NCBI GenBank assembly: GCA_028826165.1
Contig: JAPDFW010000054.1
Location: forward strand, 124,001-188,000
Origin: Anaeramoeba ignava BMAN
Lineage: Eukaryota > Protista > Anaeramoebae
DNA: 64,000 nt
Direction: 5' to 3'
Position 1 is the stretch's first letter, and each line of letters starts with the position of its first letter. This document shows positions 39,761 through 53,110 of the stretch, in pieces. Under the pieces are notes generated by a model that worked only from the letters and a program-made list of their open reading frames with translations, ran no database searches and had not been told where the DNA came from. The position numbers were made by a program, and so were the translations under genes.

Positions 39761-41022
39761 AAAAATCAAAATAAAAATAAAAAAAAATTTAAAATGGAAT
39801 TAAAAAATTAAATCAATGAATAATTCCAAAAAATGAAGAAATTCAAAAATTTAAATGAAATTTTGAATTAAAATTATTAAATTTTCAAAATGAATAATCA
39901 ATTATTATTTCAATCAATTATTTATTAATAATTAATCAAAAATTAAATTAATCAATTTTATTTTAAATAAAAATAAAAATAATAAAATAGAAATAATAAA
40001 ATTGAAATAAAAAAAATTTAAATGGAATTGAAATTATTAATTAAATGAATAAATTCCCAAAAATAAAATAAAAATTGTAAAAATTAAAATCAAAAATTAA
40101 AAAAAATAAAAATGAATAAATAAATAAAAAAATAGAAAAAAAGGTAAATTCAATTTTATTTAAAAATAAAAAAAAAATAAAAATAACTAAATGAATAAAT
40201 AAATTAAAAATTATTTTTAAATCAATTTAAAAATTCCAAAAAAAAAAAAAATAAAATTCAAAAATAAATGGTAAAAAATTTCAAAAATTTTAAATCAAAA
40301 ATAAAATTAAATAAAAATAGAAAATAAAATTAGAAAAAATAAAGAAATTTAAATGGAATTCAATAAATTAATAAATCATTTCAAAAAATCAAATTTCCCA
40401 AAAATGGGCTTTAAAAAAATTTCCCAAACCAATATTCAAAAATAAATTCTTTTCCAACCCAACCAATGCAAATTGGGCAATCAATCAATTATTAAAATCA
40501 ATAATTTCAATCAAATTATCAATTAAAAAAATAAATCACTAAATCAATTAAAAATCAAAAATTAATCAATTTTTAATCAATATAAATATCAATTAAAATC
40601 AAAACCAATAAATCAATTAATTCAATTTTCTTAAAAATCAATCAAAAAAAAATTAAAAATAGAAAATAAAAAAAATCAATTAATAAATCAATAAAAATCA
40701 ATCAATCCAAAAATAAATTCCAAAATTAATCAAAATCAATTCAAAAATCAATCAAATCAATTAATTTAAAAAAAATAAATAAAATTTAAAATCAATCAAT
40801 AAATCAATATTAAATCAATACCATTAAATCAATAAATCAATCAATCAATCAATTAATCAATCAATCAATAAATCAATAAATCAAAATCAAAATCAAAATC
40901 AAAAATAAGTGGAAAAAGTGAAAAAAAATTTTCTTTTTCTTTGAAAAAAATTAATCAAAAAAAAAATCAATCAAAAAAATATCAAAAAAAAATTTCAAAA
41001 AAAGAAAAGAAAGTAAAAAAAA

Positions 41023-44000
41023 TTATTTGATTTCTGCTTCCAAAACCCATTCATCTCCAACAACATTGCCTTTGTGATCTCTTGGAATACCAAGACTGTC
41101 GATAGTAGTTTCTTCAAAATCATCAGGAACATGCCAATATTCAGAATCATTTAATGGTTGAGTATTTCTGAATGTAATTTCATTAATTATTAATCCTGTT
41201 AAATATCCTGATATTAATGCTATTAAAAGTGTTATTCCCATTGCTGCAAGTTGTGCTCCATATTGAACATCTCCTCTTGGGAAGAATTCATGATAATGAT
41301 CTTTATATGGTTCTTTATCTTCATCAGCTAATCCTGCTCCAAATGCTGAGGCAAATCCTCCAATAATTCCAGGAATAGCATGGAAACTTTTTTATCCGAT
41401 TTTAATTTTAAATTCAAAATGAATTTTGATTATGATTTTCATTTTAATTTTAATTTTAATTATAATTTTAATTATAATTTTAATTTTAATTTTAATTTTA
41501 ATTTTAATTTTAATTTTAATTTTAATTTTAATTTTAATTTTAATTTTAATTTTAATTTTAATTTTAATTTTAATTTTAATTTTAATTATAATTTTAATTT
41601 TAAAATTTAATATTAATTTTAATTTTAATTTTTAATTTTAATTAAATTTTAATTATAATTTTAATTTTAATTTTTAATTTTAATTTTTTTTCCAAATTTT
41701 TATTTTTTAATTTTTAAAAATTTAAGACTTTTTAATTTTTATTTTAATTTTAATTTTAAACATTTTAATTTTAATTTTAATTTTAATTTTTTTTTTAATT
41801 TTAATTTTAATTTTAATTTTGATTTTAATTTTAATTTTAATTTTTAATTTTAATTTTAATTTTATTTAATTTTAAATTTAATTTTAATTTTAATTTTAAT
41901 TTTGATTTTAATTTTAATTTTAATTTTAATTTTAATTTAAATTTGATTTAATTTTAATTTTGAAATTTTTAATTTTAATTTTAATTTTAATTTAAATTTT
42001 TAATTTTAATTTTAATTTTAATTTTTAATTTTAATTTTAATTTTAATTTAAATTTTAATTTTTAATTTTTAATTTCCATTTTAAATTTTAATTTTAATTT
42101 TAAATTTTAATTTTAATTTTAATTTTAAATTTTAATTTTTAATTTTAATTTTAATTTTTAATTTTAATTTTAATTATAATTTTAATTTTAATTTTTAATT
42201 TTAATTTTAATTTTAATTTTATATTAATTTTAATTTTGATTTTAATTTTGATTTTAATTTTAATTTTAATTTAAATTTTAATTTTAAATTTAATTTTAAT
42301 TTTAATTTTAATTATAATTTTAATTTTAATATTAATTTTAAATTTTAATTTTAATTTTAATTTTAATTTTAATTTTAATATTATTTTAATATTAATTTTA
42401 ATTTTAATTTTACAATAAAATTCTTCGAATTTGTTCTCCTCCATAAAATACTCGAAACGATTTTGTTAAAATTGCAGATAAGAAAGAAGTTAATGCACCA
42501 GCAATAATTCCACAAATCATTGAACCAACTAAAGACATTTTCAAATGCGAACTAATTTTTCAAAAAAGTAGAATAAAATAAAGCATTGAATTTTAATTTT
42601 AATTTTAATTTTAATTTTAATTTGAATTTTAATTTTAATTTTAATTTAAATTTAATTTTAAATTTAATTTTAATTTTCATTTTTAATTTTAATTCTAATT
42701 TTAATTTTAATTTTAATTTTTTTTTTAATTTTAATTTTAAAATTTTAATTTTGATTTTTTTTAATTTTAATTTTTTTTCATTTTTAATTTTTTAATTTTA
42801 ATTTAAATTTTTTAATTTTAATTTTAAATTTTAATTTTAATTTTAATTTTAATTTTAATTTTAATTTTAATTTTAAATTTTAAATTTAATTTTAATTTTA
42901 ATTTTAATTTTAATTTTAATTTTGATTTTAATTTTAATTTTAATTTTAAATTTAAATTTTAATTTTAATTTTAATTTTAATTTTAATTTTAATTTTAATT
43001 TTAATTTTAATTTTAATTTTAATTTTAAATTTTAATTTTAATTTTAAATCTAATATTAATTTGAATTTTAATTTTAATTTAAATTTTAATTTTAATTTTA
43101 ATTTTAATTTTGATTTTAATTCTGATTTTAATTATATTACGCAGCAGCAATAGCAATACCACCAGTCAAAGTAGCATTTCTAATTTCTCTCATATGAAAC
43201 TTTCCTCTTACACCAATAGAAACAGCAAAAGCAGCAATAACGGAAGAAGAAATAGCCATAATAGTATTAAGTAAAGAACGGAATTGAAATCCAGTTGGAG
43301 AGAACATAGCATTAAAGCTAGGCCAAGCAATCCAAAGCCACATTGTTCCAAAAATTGAAAATATATCAGAATTATATCTTGATTTTATATCAGGATGTTT
43401 TTTGATATCTTTTCTTGATCCTAATCCTAATGTTACTGCATATCCAAATATTCCTGCAAATTCATGTAAATATATTGATCCTCCCATGTCAAATGCTTGT
43501 AGTTTGAAAATGTTGATGTAATAGTTTAATTGATAAAAGAAAATTTCTATAAATATTATCATTAAGATTTGAGTTGGTTGTGTTGTTCCAAGAAATGCTC
43601 TAAAACACAGATTTTAATTTTAATTTTAATTTTAATTTTAATTTTAATTTTAATTTTGATTTTTAATTTTAATTTTAAATTTTAATTTTAATTTTAATTT
43701 TAATTTTAATTTTAATTTTAATTTTAATTTTAATTTTAATTTTAATTTTAATTTTAATTTTAATTTTAATTTTAATTTTAATTTTAATTTTAATTTAATT
43801 TTAATTTTAATTTTAATTTTGATTTTAATTTTAATTTTAATTTTTAATTTTATTTTTAATTTTAATTTTAATTTTAATTTTAATTTTAATTTTAATTTTA
43901 ATTTTAATTTTTAATTTTAATTTTAATTTTAATTTTAATTTTAATTTTAATTTTAATTATAATTTTAATTTTAATAATTTTAATTTTTTAATTTTTAATT

Positions 44001-44999
44001 TTAATTTTAAATTTTAATTTTATTTTTTTAATTTTTAAATGAATTTTAATTTTAATTTTAATTTTAATTTTAATTTTAATTTAAATTTTAATTTTTTTTA
44101 ATTTAGTACTTTTGAATTTTAATTTTAATTTTTAATTTTTAATTTTAATTTTAATTTTAATTTTAATTTTAATTTTAATTTTAATTTTAATTTTTATTTA
44201 ATTTAAATTTTTAATTTTAATTTTTTAATTTTAATTTTAATTTTAAATTTTAATTTTAATTTAATAAATGAATTTTAATTTTAATATTAATTTTGATATT
44301 AAATTTAATTTTAATTTTAATTCTAATTTTATTTTAATTTAATAAATGAATTTTAATTTTTATTCTAATTCTAATTTTAATTTTAATTTTAATTTTAATT
44401 CTAATTCTAATTTAATTTTAATTTTGATTTTAATTTGAATTTTAATTTGAATTTGAAAGTAAATTTTTTTTTCCTTTTTCAAATTAAATTTAAATAAGAA
44501 CAAAATTTTTTTTTCCAATTAAAAATTAAAAGAAAAAAAGAAAAAAAGAAAAAAAAATAAAAAGAAAAAGAAGAAAAAGAAGAAAAAGAAAAGAATACCC
44601 AAAAGAAATTAAAGCACATAAACTTCCATAAATACCGCGACCAAGAGTTTCAATATCAAGTTTAAATTTACCAAAAATATCAATATGCATTTGATAAAAA
44701 AAAGCATAAACAAGCAAATTCCATTGAAAAGCAAAAGCAACTAAAAGAAAAGAAAAACCTGAAGCAGAATAGCAATAATTTCTCAAATAAACCAAAAGAA
44801 ATCCAAAACCCATTAGTGCAAGAACTGTTGTGTCTGAAAAGAATGTGAAATATTTTTCCACTCGAGGATCGTTTTCCGTTGTTTCTGGATAATAAGAAGA
44901 ATCATAATCAAACCAAAATCCAAATGCAAAAAATATTCCAATTTCAAAAATTAATAAAAATGTTATAAAAGATGAACTGTATCGGTTTTTTTTTATCAT
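41023..44999 (-). CDS. Rhesus (Rh)-type ammonium transporter; satellite-filled introns 43600-44598, 42552-43140 and about 41390-42415
   Basis: MGFGFLLVYLRNY, LISFGAFLG, DMGGSIYLHEFAGIFG, WLWIAWPSFNA, IRNATLTGGIAI, FHAIPGIIGG (both pore His present). Start codon and last junction are uncertain. Confidence 0.88.
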
Positions 45000-45184
45000 T
45001 TTTTTTCTTTAATAATAATTATTAATAATTGATAATTGAAAATTTTTGTTTTTCTTTGTGTTTTTTTTTTGGGAATGAAAGAAGAAAGAAATGAAAAAAA
45101 AAATGATAAAAAAAATTTTTTTTTTTTTTTATAAATTTTTTTTTAATTAAAAAGAAAAAAGGAAATCAAATTAACGTTTCTCCT

Positions 45185-47548
45185 TTTAAATCAATTTTAA
45201 ATCAATTTTAAATCAAATTTATATCAATTTTATATCAATTTTATATCAATTTTAAATCAATTTTATATCAATTTTAAATCAATTTTAAATCAATTTTATA
45301 TCAATTTTATATCAATTTTAAATCAATTTTAAATCAATTTTAAATCAATTTTATATCAATTTTATATCAATTTTATATCAATTTTATATCAATTTTATAT
45401 CAATTTTTTAAATCAATTTTATATCAATTTTAAATCAATTTTTAATTTTAAATCAATTTTAAATCAATTTTAAATCAATTTTAAATCAATTTTAAATCAA
45501 TTTTAAATCAATTTTAAATCAATTTTAAATCAATTTTAAATCAATTTTATATCATTTTATTTATATCATCAATTTTAAATCAATTTTAAATTAATTTTAA
45601 ATTAATTTTTTAAATCAATTTTAAATCAATTTTATATCAATTTTAAATCAAATTTTAAATAAATTTTAAATCAATTTTTAAATTAATTTTATATTAATTT
45701 TAAATCAATTTTTTTAAATTAATTTTTATATCAATTTTATATTAATTTTAAATCAATTTTTTAAATCAATTTTATATCAATTTTATATCAATTTTATATC
45801 AATTTTTATATCAATTTTTCAATTTTATATCAATTTTTATATCAATTTTAAATTATTTTAATTAATTTTTCTAGAATCAATTTTATATCAATTTTATATC
45901 AATTTTAAATCAATTTTATATCAATTTTTATATCAATTTTATATTAATTTTATATCAATTTTAAATCAATTTTAAATCAATTTTAAATCAATTTTAAATC
46001 AATTTTTATATCAATTTTAAATCAATTTTTAAATCAATTTTTAAATATTTTATATCAATTTTATATCAATTTTAAATCAATTTTATATCAATTTTATATC
46101 AATTTTATATTAATTTTATATCAATTTTAAATCAATTTTTAAATCAATTTTAAATCAATTTTAAATCAATTTTATATCATTTTTTATATCAATTTTAAAT
46201 AATTTTAAATCAATTTTAAATCAATTTTAAATCAATTTTAAATCAATTTTATATCAATTTTATATCAATTTTAAATCAATTTTAAATCAATTTTAAATCA
46301 ATTTTAAATCAATTTTAATTTTATCAATTTTATATCAATTTTTATATCAATTTTAAATCAATTTTAAATCAATTTTTATATCAATTTTTATTAATTTTAT
46401 ATCAATTTTATATCAATTTTAAATCAATTTTAAATCAATTTTAAATCAATTTTATATCAATTTTAAATCAATTTTTAAATCAATTTTTATATTAATTTTA
46501 AATCAATTTTAAATCAATTTTAAATCAATTTTAAATCAATTTTATATCAATTTTAAATCAATTTTAAATCAATTTTATATTAATTTTAAATCAATTTTAA
46601 ATCAATTTTAAATTAATTTTAAATTAATTTTATATTAATTTTAAATCAATTTTATATTAAATTTTAAATCAATTTTAAATCAATTTTAAATCAATTTTTA
46701 AATTAATTTTAAATCAATTTTAAATTATTTTAATCAATTTTTATATAAAATTTTATATCAATTTTTATCAATTTTATCAATTTTAAAATCAATTTTTATA
46801 TTAATTTTAAATCAATTTTAAATCAATTTTATATCAATTTTAAATCAATTTTAAATCAATTTTAAATCAATTTTAAATCAATTTTAAATCAATTTTAAAA
46901 TCAATTTTAAATCAATTTTAAATCAATTTTAAATCAATTTTATATCAATTTTAAATCAATTTTATATCAATTTTAAATCAATTTTAAATCAATTTTAAAT
47001 CAATTTTAAATCAATTTTAAATCAATTTTAAATCAATTTTAAATCAATTTTATATCAATTTTATATCAATTTTAAATCAATTTTAAATCAATTTTATATT
47101 AATTTTATATTAAATTTTTATATCAATTTTATATCAATTTTAAATCAATTTTAAATCAATTTTATATTAATAAATCAATTTTATATTAATTTTAAATCAA
47201 TTTTAAATCAATTTTATATCAATTTTATATCAATTTTAAATCAATTTTAAATCAATTTTAAATCAATTTTAAATCAATTTTAAATCAATTTTAAATCAAT
47301 TTTAAATCAATTTTAAATCAATTTTAAATCAATTTTAAATCAATTTTAAATCAATTTTATATCAATTTTAAATCAATTTTAAATCAATTTTAAATCAATT
47401 TTAAATCAATTTTATATTAATTTTATATCAATTTTAAATCAATTTTAAATCAATTTTAAATCAATTTTAAATCAATTTTAAATCAATTTTATATTAATTT
47501 TATATTAATTTTATATCAATTTTAAATCAATTTTAAATCAATTTTTAT
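45185..47548 (+). repeat. Intergenic 11-bp satellite TTTTA(A/T)ATCAA, about 2.4 kb
   Basis: Tandem array between the divergently transcribed Rh and ATPase genes. Confidence 0.95.
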
Positions 47549-47739
47549 TTAATTTCAAAATTTTTATTCAATTTTTATTCAATTTCAAAATAACTGATTA
47601 TGTTGGTTGGAAAAAAAAATTTATTTCTTTTTAGTCAAATAAAAGATTTTTTTTCCTTTCCAAAAAAATTTTATTTTTCTTTTCTTTTTTTTTGAAGAAA
47701 AGTTTTGATTTTTTTTTTGATTTGATTAAAAACAAATAG

Positions 47740-50700
47740 ATGTCTTCTGATTGGTTTGAAAAATCAGAAACTGAAAAACAAACAGCTCCTTATGAAAACG
47801 ATAGAGAATTAGAATTATTTGATATCGAAAATTCCATTTCACGTCATAATTCTGAAGCTAATCAAGCAGAAATATTACCTGAATTAAATACTCCAAAAAG
47901 TCTTCAAAGGAAATTTAGTTCTAATGAAATTTCTATAAAGAAATTTGAAGCAAAAAAAGATGAAAAACAAGGCAAAAGAGTTAACAAAGATATTTTAAAT
48001 GATTTGAAGAAAGAGATTTCTATGGTATTATTTTTTTTATTAATCTTTTTGATTTAATGATTTGGATTTTTTTTTTAATTTTTTCTTTTGGAATTCACAT
48101 ATTCAGACATTTTCGCCACATCAAATTAAAAATAAATGAGATTTTTTTTTTGTTTTTTTTTTTTTGATCAAAGATGAAAAATAAATTAGATTTGTTTTGT
48201 TTTTGTTTTTTTTTTTTGATCAAAGTAGAAAATCTTCTAATTATGATAATTCAATAAAAATGGCAATAAACAAAAGAAAATTAATTAAAAACAAATTTCC
48301 CCTTTTTTTTCCACCTTTTTTTAATTTTAATTAATTTTAATTAATAATGAAATAGAATCATCACCAAATGGATTTAGATGAATTATATCTTTTAGCAGGA
48401 ACAGATCCTATTCATGGATTAACTGAAGAGCAAGCAAGAGAATCTTTGCGTGTAAATGGTCCTAATTGTTTGAAACCTCCAAAATCAACTCCAGAAATTG
48501 TCAAATTTTTAAAACAAATGACTGGTGGATTTAGTTTATTACTTCTTGTTGGTGGAATTTTATGTTTTATTGGATATGGTCTTGATACAAGCACTAAAGA
48601 TAATGTAAGATAATTTGATTTTGATTTTGATTTTGATTTTGATTTTAATTTTGATTTAATTTTAATTTTAATTTTGATTTTGATTTTGATTTTGATTTTA
48701 ATTTAAATTTGATTTTGATTTTGATTTTAATTTTAATTTTGATTTTGATTTTAATTTTGATTTTGATTTTGATTTTGATTTTCATTTTAATTTTGATTTT
48801 GATTTTAAATTTGATTTTGATTTTAATTTTCATTTTCATTTTGATTTTGATTTTAATTTTGATTTTGATTTTGATTTTAATTTTAATTTTCATTTTCATT
48901 TTAAATTTAATTTTAATTTTCATTTTAAATTAAATTTTCATTTTAAATTTTCATTTTATAGTTATATCTCGGCCTTGTATTAGTGGGTATTGTTATTTTT
49001 ACAGGAATATTCAGTTACTATCAAGAACATAAAAGTGGCAAAATTATGGAAGGTTTTAAAAAACTTGTTCCTCAAATTTCAGTTGTGATTAGAGATGGAA
49101 AACAAAAAACAATTGATGCTACTCAAATTGTGCCTGGTGATATCATTCTTGTAAAAGCAGGAGATAAAATTCCTGCTGATATTCGAATTATTGAAAGTTC
49201 AGATTTTCAGGTATTCACTTCTCTATTTAATTGAATAAAAATAATAAAATCTAACATCAAAAAAAAAAAAAAAAAATCCAAAATAAAAAAGGTTGATAAT
49301 TCATCATTAACTGGAGAAAGTGATCCTCAATCCAGAACAGTAAAATGTACAAGTGAAAACCCTCTTGAAACAGCAAATCTCGCGTTTTATTCAACTTTAG
49401 CAACTCAAGGTCATGCAAAAGGAGTATCCATTTTCACAGGTGATTCAACAGTTATCGGGAGAATTGCTGGACTCGCAGCAGCAACAAAAACGGAAGATAC
49501 TCCAATTAGAATCGAAATACGAAATTTTATCAAGATCATCACCATTGTTTCTGTAATACTTGGTGTGCTATTTTTCACTTATGGAATGATTAGCAAAACA
49601 AGTTGGATCACAAATGTCATTTTTATGATTGGGATTATTGTTGCAAATGTACCTGAGGGTATATTAACAAGCGTAGCTGTGACTTTGGCTTTAACTGCCA
49701 ATAGAATGTCCAAAAGATCTGTGCTTGTCAAAAATTTAGAAGCTGTTGAAACATTAGGATCAACCTGCACAATTGCAAGTGATAAATGCCTTGGATTAAA
49801 TACTCCAATTATGATGTATAATGGTTCTATCAAGTTAGTTCAAGATGTTTTATGTGGAGAAAAATTAATGGGAGATGATAGTAAGCCTAGAAATGTTCTT
49901 TCCACAACAAAGGGATTTGGGAAGATGTATCGAATCACTCCTGAAAAGGCTCAATATTTCACAGCTAATTATTGCCATATTCTTTGTTTAAGATCTCATT
50001 TCCCAACATCATCAATTTATGATAGCCAAAGTTCATTTATCGTTCAATTCAATTTAAATCATTCAATTTCCCAAAAAATATTTCCTTATTCAATGAATAA
50101 CAAGCTCAAAGTTAAAAAAGATGCTGAAAAATTTATTCAATTTATTGAAAATTCAAACAAAGCAATCGAACAAGGATTTATTCGCTATGGAAGTATTGTT
50201 CATATTATTGTCGAAGATTTCTTGAGACTTGAAACTGAAATCCAAAGTTCTTATAAATTATACAAGGCTGATCTAGATACAATTATTCAATCAAACACAT
50301 CATTGGATATTGATTCATATACATTTGGAGTTTGGATTGGAGCAAGAGAATTATCAAGTTTTAGAAAACTATCTGAAACAATCCCAACAAAAATCAAAAA
50401 GGAATTATCCTCTAATTTGAATGAACCAGAAAATATTATTCCAAATGATACATTCTCTTTTCTTGAAAATCAATATCGAAGTTATTTTTCAAACTCTAAT
50501 TTTGTTATTGATAACGGAATTCCAGATCAATATCGTTTAAACTCACGTGAAAATCGAAAAAAGCTTTTATCAGGAATTTTAGATTCGAGGGAATTTGTTG
50601 CAAATCCCAAATATAGTGAAAATCATTTTGATTTTGTAATAACGTCTGAGAAGTTCAAACAAGATTTTCAACAATTATGCAATTCTTTAGGATTTGATGT

Positions 50701-52997
50701 TCAAATTGAAACTGAAAAAAGGAATAAATTTGGAGCAATTCACAAAATCAAATTGATTGGAAATGAAAAGGAAAATGATCAAGTGATTTCAATCGAATAT
50801 ATTGGAAATGACGAATTTTATGGATTTGAAATTGATGGAAATCGACGGTTTCTTCTTGGAGATTTTACTGTAACACATAATACAGGAACACTTACACAAA
50901 ACAAAATGAGTGTTACTCATTTATGGTATGACAATAGAATATATTCCTCAGATATAACTCTAGAGACAGATTGTTATGATAAAACATCAGAAGCATTTCA
51001 ACAACTAATGAATGTTGCTACTCTTTGCAATCGAGAAGAATACCAACCAGACAACAAGGAGAAACTAGCTGGAAATGCAAGTGAGATTGCTTTAATAAAT
51101 TTTTTTGGTCCACTTTATGATCCAAAAGAAGTAAAAACCAACATTTAAACCAAACCAAAAAAAAAATTCAATTTATTTATTATTTTTTTTTTTTTTGATT
51201 TTTCAAAGGTTCGAAAATCACATCCACAAATTAAAGAGCTTCCATTCAATTCAACAAATAAATTTATGTTAACAATTCATCAAATTTCCCAAGATTCAGA
51301 AGAAGTAATTTTAATGATGAAAGGAGCACCAGAAAGGATAATTACAAGATGCTCTACAATTATGATTAACGGAGAAGAACTCGAATTAACCGAAGAATGG
51401 AGAAGAAGATATGAAGAAGCAAATGAAGTAAATCAAAAAAAAATTTATTATAATTCATCATCAAATAGAAAATCCAAAATTATTCAATTTTAAAATAATA
51501 AAAATATTTAAATAGATTTTCGCAGATAACGGAGAAAGAGTTCTTGGATTTTGTCAACTCCGACTTCCTTATCCAAAATATTCAAAATCTTATCCTTTTG
51601 ATGTGACAGAATTCAATTTTCCAATCGAAACAGGAATGTGTCTTGTTGGATTAGTTTCATTAATTGATCCACCTAGACCAAGTGTTTCTAGTGCAGTTGC
51701 TAAATGCAAAACAGCAGGAATCAAGGTTATTATGGTTACAGGAGATCATCCAACAACAGCCAAAGCAATAGCAAAGCAAGTAGGAATTATTTGGTCAGAA
51801 ACTGTTGATGAATATTCAAGGAGAACAGGAATAGATACAGCACTTGTAACACCAAAAGATGCACAAGCAATTGTAATTCATGGCGCACAACTGAAAGATA
51901 TGGATGAAGACCAACTTGATCGAGTTCTTCAATTCCCGCAAATTGTTTTTGCAAGAACAAGTCCTCAACAAAAATTATTAATTGTTGAAGGATGTCAAAG
52001 AAGAAAGGAAGTTGTTGCAGTAACTGGAGATGGTGTGAATGATTCACCTGCTTTAAAAAAAGCCGATATTGGGATTGCCATGGGGATTACCGGTTCAGGT
52101 ATTAAAAATTCAAAATTCAAAATTTAAAAATTAAAAATTAAAAATTCAAAATTTTTTCTAGATGTTTCAAAAGAAGCAGCAGATATGATTTTACTTGATG
52201 ATAACTTTTCATCAATTGTTAACGGAGTTGAAGAAGGTCGAATCATCTTTGATAATCTCAAAAAAACAATTGCATACACACTTACTTCCAACATTCCTGA
52301 AATTGTTCCCTTTTTACTCTTTATCATAATTAGTATTCCACTCCCGCTTACAACAGTATTGATGCTTTGCATTGATCTTGGAACAGATATTTTTCCTGCA
52401 ATTTCTCTTGCTTATGAAAAAGCAGAACAAGATATCATGAAAAGAAAGCCAAGAAACGCAAAAACAGATCGGTTAGTGACTTACAAATTAATCTCTTTTA
52501 GCTATCTCCAAATTGGAATGATTCAAGCATTTGCGAGTTTATTCACTTATTTTGTTGTTTTGGGCAATTATGGATTCAAGCCACAAGAATTATTATTTTT
52601 GAATAAGGATTGGGTTTCAAAATCTAAAATCATCAATGGACTTGATTATGCAAAACGAGTCAACGCATTAAAAAATGCACAAACCGCTGTTTTCGTTTCT
52701 ATTGTTATTGTTCAATGGTCTTGTTTATTGATTTCCAAAACTCGAAGACTTTCCATTTTTCATCAAGGAATGAGGAATCATATTCTAAATCTTGGTTTAT
52801 TTACAGAAACTTTATTAGCTGCTGTTTTAACTTATATTCCTTGGATAAATCCCATTTTTGGAACTCAACCAATTAGGTTTGTTTATTGGCTTCCTGCTTT
52901 ACCTTTTTCTCTTTACATTCTCGTTTATGATGAATTGAGAAAATATTTCATGAGAAGAAATCCTGGTGGTTGGATTGAAAAGAATACTTATTATTAA
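47740..52997 (+). CDS. P2C-type Na+/K+-ATPase alpha subunit, intein-containing precursor (introns 48025-48355, 48605-48961, 49211-49291, 51131-51208, 51428-51515, 52099-52161)
   Basis: [76 protein letters not shown] and C-terminal EKNTYY (KETYY-type). All introns restore frame. Confidence 0.96.
49787..50881 (+). mobile_element. Class-1 intein (365 aa) with degenerate LAGLIDADG homing endonuclease
   Basis: In-frame insert begins [21 protein letters not shown] (block A), has [11 protein letters not shown] (block B) and ends [22 protein letters not shown] (blocks F/G) before +1 Thr. Removing it restores ASDKTGTLTQN exactly. Confidence 0.97.
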
Positions 52998-53067
52998 ACT
53001 CAATTTTTTTACTTCTTCTTTTCTTTTCTTTCCAAAACAAAAAGAAAAACAAATTAAAAAAAATTTT

Positions 53068-53100
53068 ATTCATTTTTTCATTTTTCATTTTTCATTTTTT
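53068..53100 (+). promoter_or_regulatory. Tandem TCATTT initiator-like motifs upstream of the PMS2 ATG (representative example)
   Basis: Four copies lie 10-45 nt before the ATG. The same motif precedes most genes in the window on the coding strand. Confidence 0.5.
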
Positions 53101-53110
53101 GTAAATTTTT

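Noticed and set aside
49787-50881. Insert as a spliceosomal or group I intron, or a Hedgehog-type Hint domain
   Set aside because: No GT-AG ends, fully in frame, canonical Cys1 and His-Asn/Thr+1 junctions, and both exteins reconstitute DKTGT.
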